From Acidimicrobiales bacterium (lineage in GTDB: Bacteria > Actinomycetota > Acidimicrobiia > Acidimicrobiales > RAAP-2): 64,000 bases of DNA. A program made the translations under genes and the position numbers. Below, in pieces: positions 63,282-64,000 of this stretch; position 1 is the stretch's first letter; every line of letters begins with the position of its first letter. The notes under the pieces are model-generated. The model searched no databases. It saw only the letters and a list, made by a program, of their open reading frames with translations, and was not told the origin of the DNA. Location of the stretch: positions 12,516 through 76,515 of the forward strand of contig DATLSR010000038.1 of the NCBI GenBank assembly GCA_035533995.1. The letters are read 5' to 3'.

Positions 63282-64000
63282 ATGAATCTTAAATTTACTA
63301 GGTTGACTACGTTGGTCGCCGTGGGAGCGTTAACACTTTCGGGTGCGACGTTGACATTGGGGTCCAGCGCTGGTGCAGCCAAGAAACTGCCGACTTACGA
63401 AATTGGTTTCCAGGGTGTTCTCTCGGGCGGTGCTGCGTCACTCGGAATTCCTGAGAAGAACGGCACCACTGTCGCTGTGGACCTGTGGAACGCGAACAAG
63501 CATCGTAAGTTCAACATCAAGATGATTCCTGGTGACGACCAGTGTGACCCTACGGTTGCCCCTTCGGTTGCGACACAGCTCAGTACGAATAAAAAGGTTC
63601 TGGCAATTGTCGGGCCATCATGCTCGGGCGCGACGTTGGCTTCACTTCCTATCTATGGCCCCACGGGCATGGCTGTCTTAAGTCCCTCGGCGACGAATCC
63701 TCCGCTGACGACGAATGCCGATGACCCTTACCACATCTACTTCCGCGACGTTGCAAATGACTCTATTCAGGGTCCAGCAGACGCAAACTACTTGGCCAAG
63801 ACGTTGAAGAAGAAGACCATTGAAGTGGTCAATGACGCCAGTACCTACGGTGCAGGCTTGGCTACGGCAGTTGCCACTCAGGCCAAGACTGACGGTGCGA
63901 CCGTGACGACAGCAACGTTGCCCAGCACGACCGCTTGTGGAAACGGTGGAACTGGTACCAATGACCAAATCACGATTCCTTCGGGTGTCACCGCAGTGTT
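63282..64000 (+). CDS. ABC-transporter periplasmic solute-binding protein, LivJ/branched-chain-amino-acid type (3' end outside the window)
   Basis: I translated this myself; it is not in the ORF track because the frame stays open to the window end. The product is MNLKFTRLTTLVAVGALTLSGATLTLGSSAGAAKKLPTYEIGFQGVLSGGAASLGIPEKNG...VLAIVGPSCSGATLA...VLSPSATNPPLT. It has a signal peptide plus the type-1 PBP pattern. GAGAGGGG lies upstream. Confidence 0.75.
   Translation, partial: MNLKFTRLTTLVAVGALTLSGATLTLGSSAGAAKKLPTYEIGFQGVLSGGAASLGIPEKNGTTVAVDLWNANKHRKFNIKMIPGDDQCDPTVAPSVATQLSTNKKVLAIVGPSCSGATLASLPIYGPTGMAVLSPSATNPPLTTNADDPYHIYFRDVANDSIQGPADANYLAKTLKKKTIEVVNDASTYGAGLATAVATQAKTDGATVTTATLPSTTACGNGGTGTNDQITIPSGVTAV

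Noticed and set aside
62987-63382. A 132-codon N-terminal extension of the lexA ORF (the ORF track starts at 63382).
   Set aside because: The extension runs through the AT-rich spacer, across the SOS boxes and promoter, and into the 5' end of the divergent transporter gene. The internal ATG 62986 has a CAGGAG RBS and yields a normal-length LexA of 207 aa.

Overview
This is a GC-rich, very gene-dense chromosomal backbone segment. It holds about 60 protein genes, mostly on the + strand. Intergenic space is minimal, there are many 1-8 nt start/stop overlaps (GTGA/ATGA/TTGA), and GTG/TTG starts are frequent. Gene content and order match the conserved Actinomycetota core as I recall it: rne-rplU-rpmA-obg-proB-proA; an mtrA/mtrB/lpqB-like module; xerC-rpsB-tsf-pyrH-frr-cdsA-dxr-rseP-ispG-proS-rimP-nusA-ylxR-infB-rbfA-truB-ribF-rpsO-pnp; dapB-dapA-rnj; ftsK; miaB-miaA-dapF-hflX; dapC-dapD-dapE; lexA. 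An mreBCD-pbp2 rod-shape cluster sits at the left edge and a partial LivJ-type solute-binding protein gene at the right edge. I saw no rRNA or tRNA genes, CRISPR array, transposase or integrase island, or recognisable defence or toxin-antitoxin module. I did not find a convincing self-contained novel system, and the window looks like housekeeping core. The observations most worth follow-up are: (1) a near-consensus promoter plus intrinsic terminator forming a roughly 100-nt leader, or a roughly 60-nt sRNA, upstream of rimP-nusA; (2) a YlxR/DUF448 gene whose conserved RTCxxCR motif lies upstream of any canonical start codon and which abuts the nusA stop; (3) an uncharacterised MoxR-ATPase / VWA(CoxE-like) / histidine-phosphatase trio translationally chained to proA; (4) a minimal GerMN-only LpqB-like lipoprotein coupled to the MtrAB-like two-component system; (5) disordered repeat tails on PNPase, RNase E/G and IF-2; (6) convergent genes with overlapping stops. 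All calls rest on reading the translated ORFs and the DNA by eye; no searches or folding were run.
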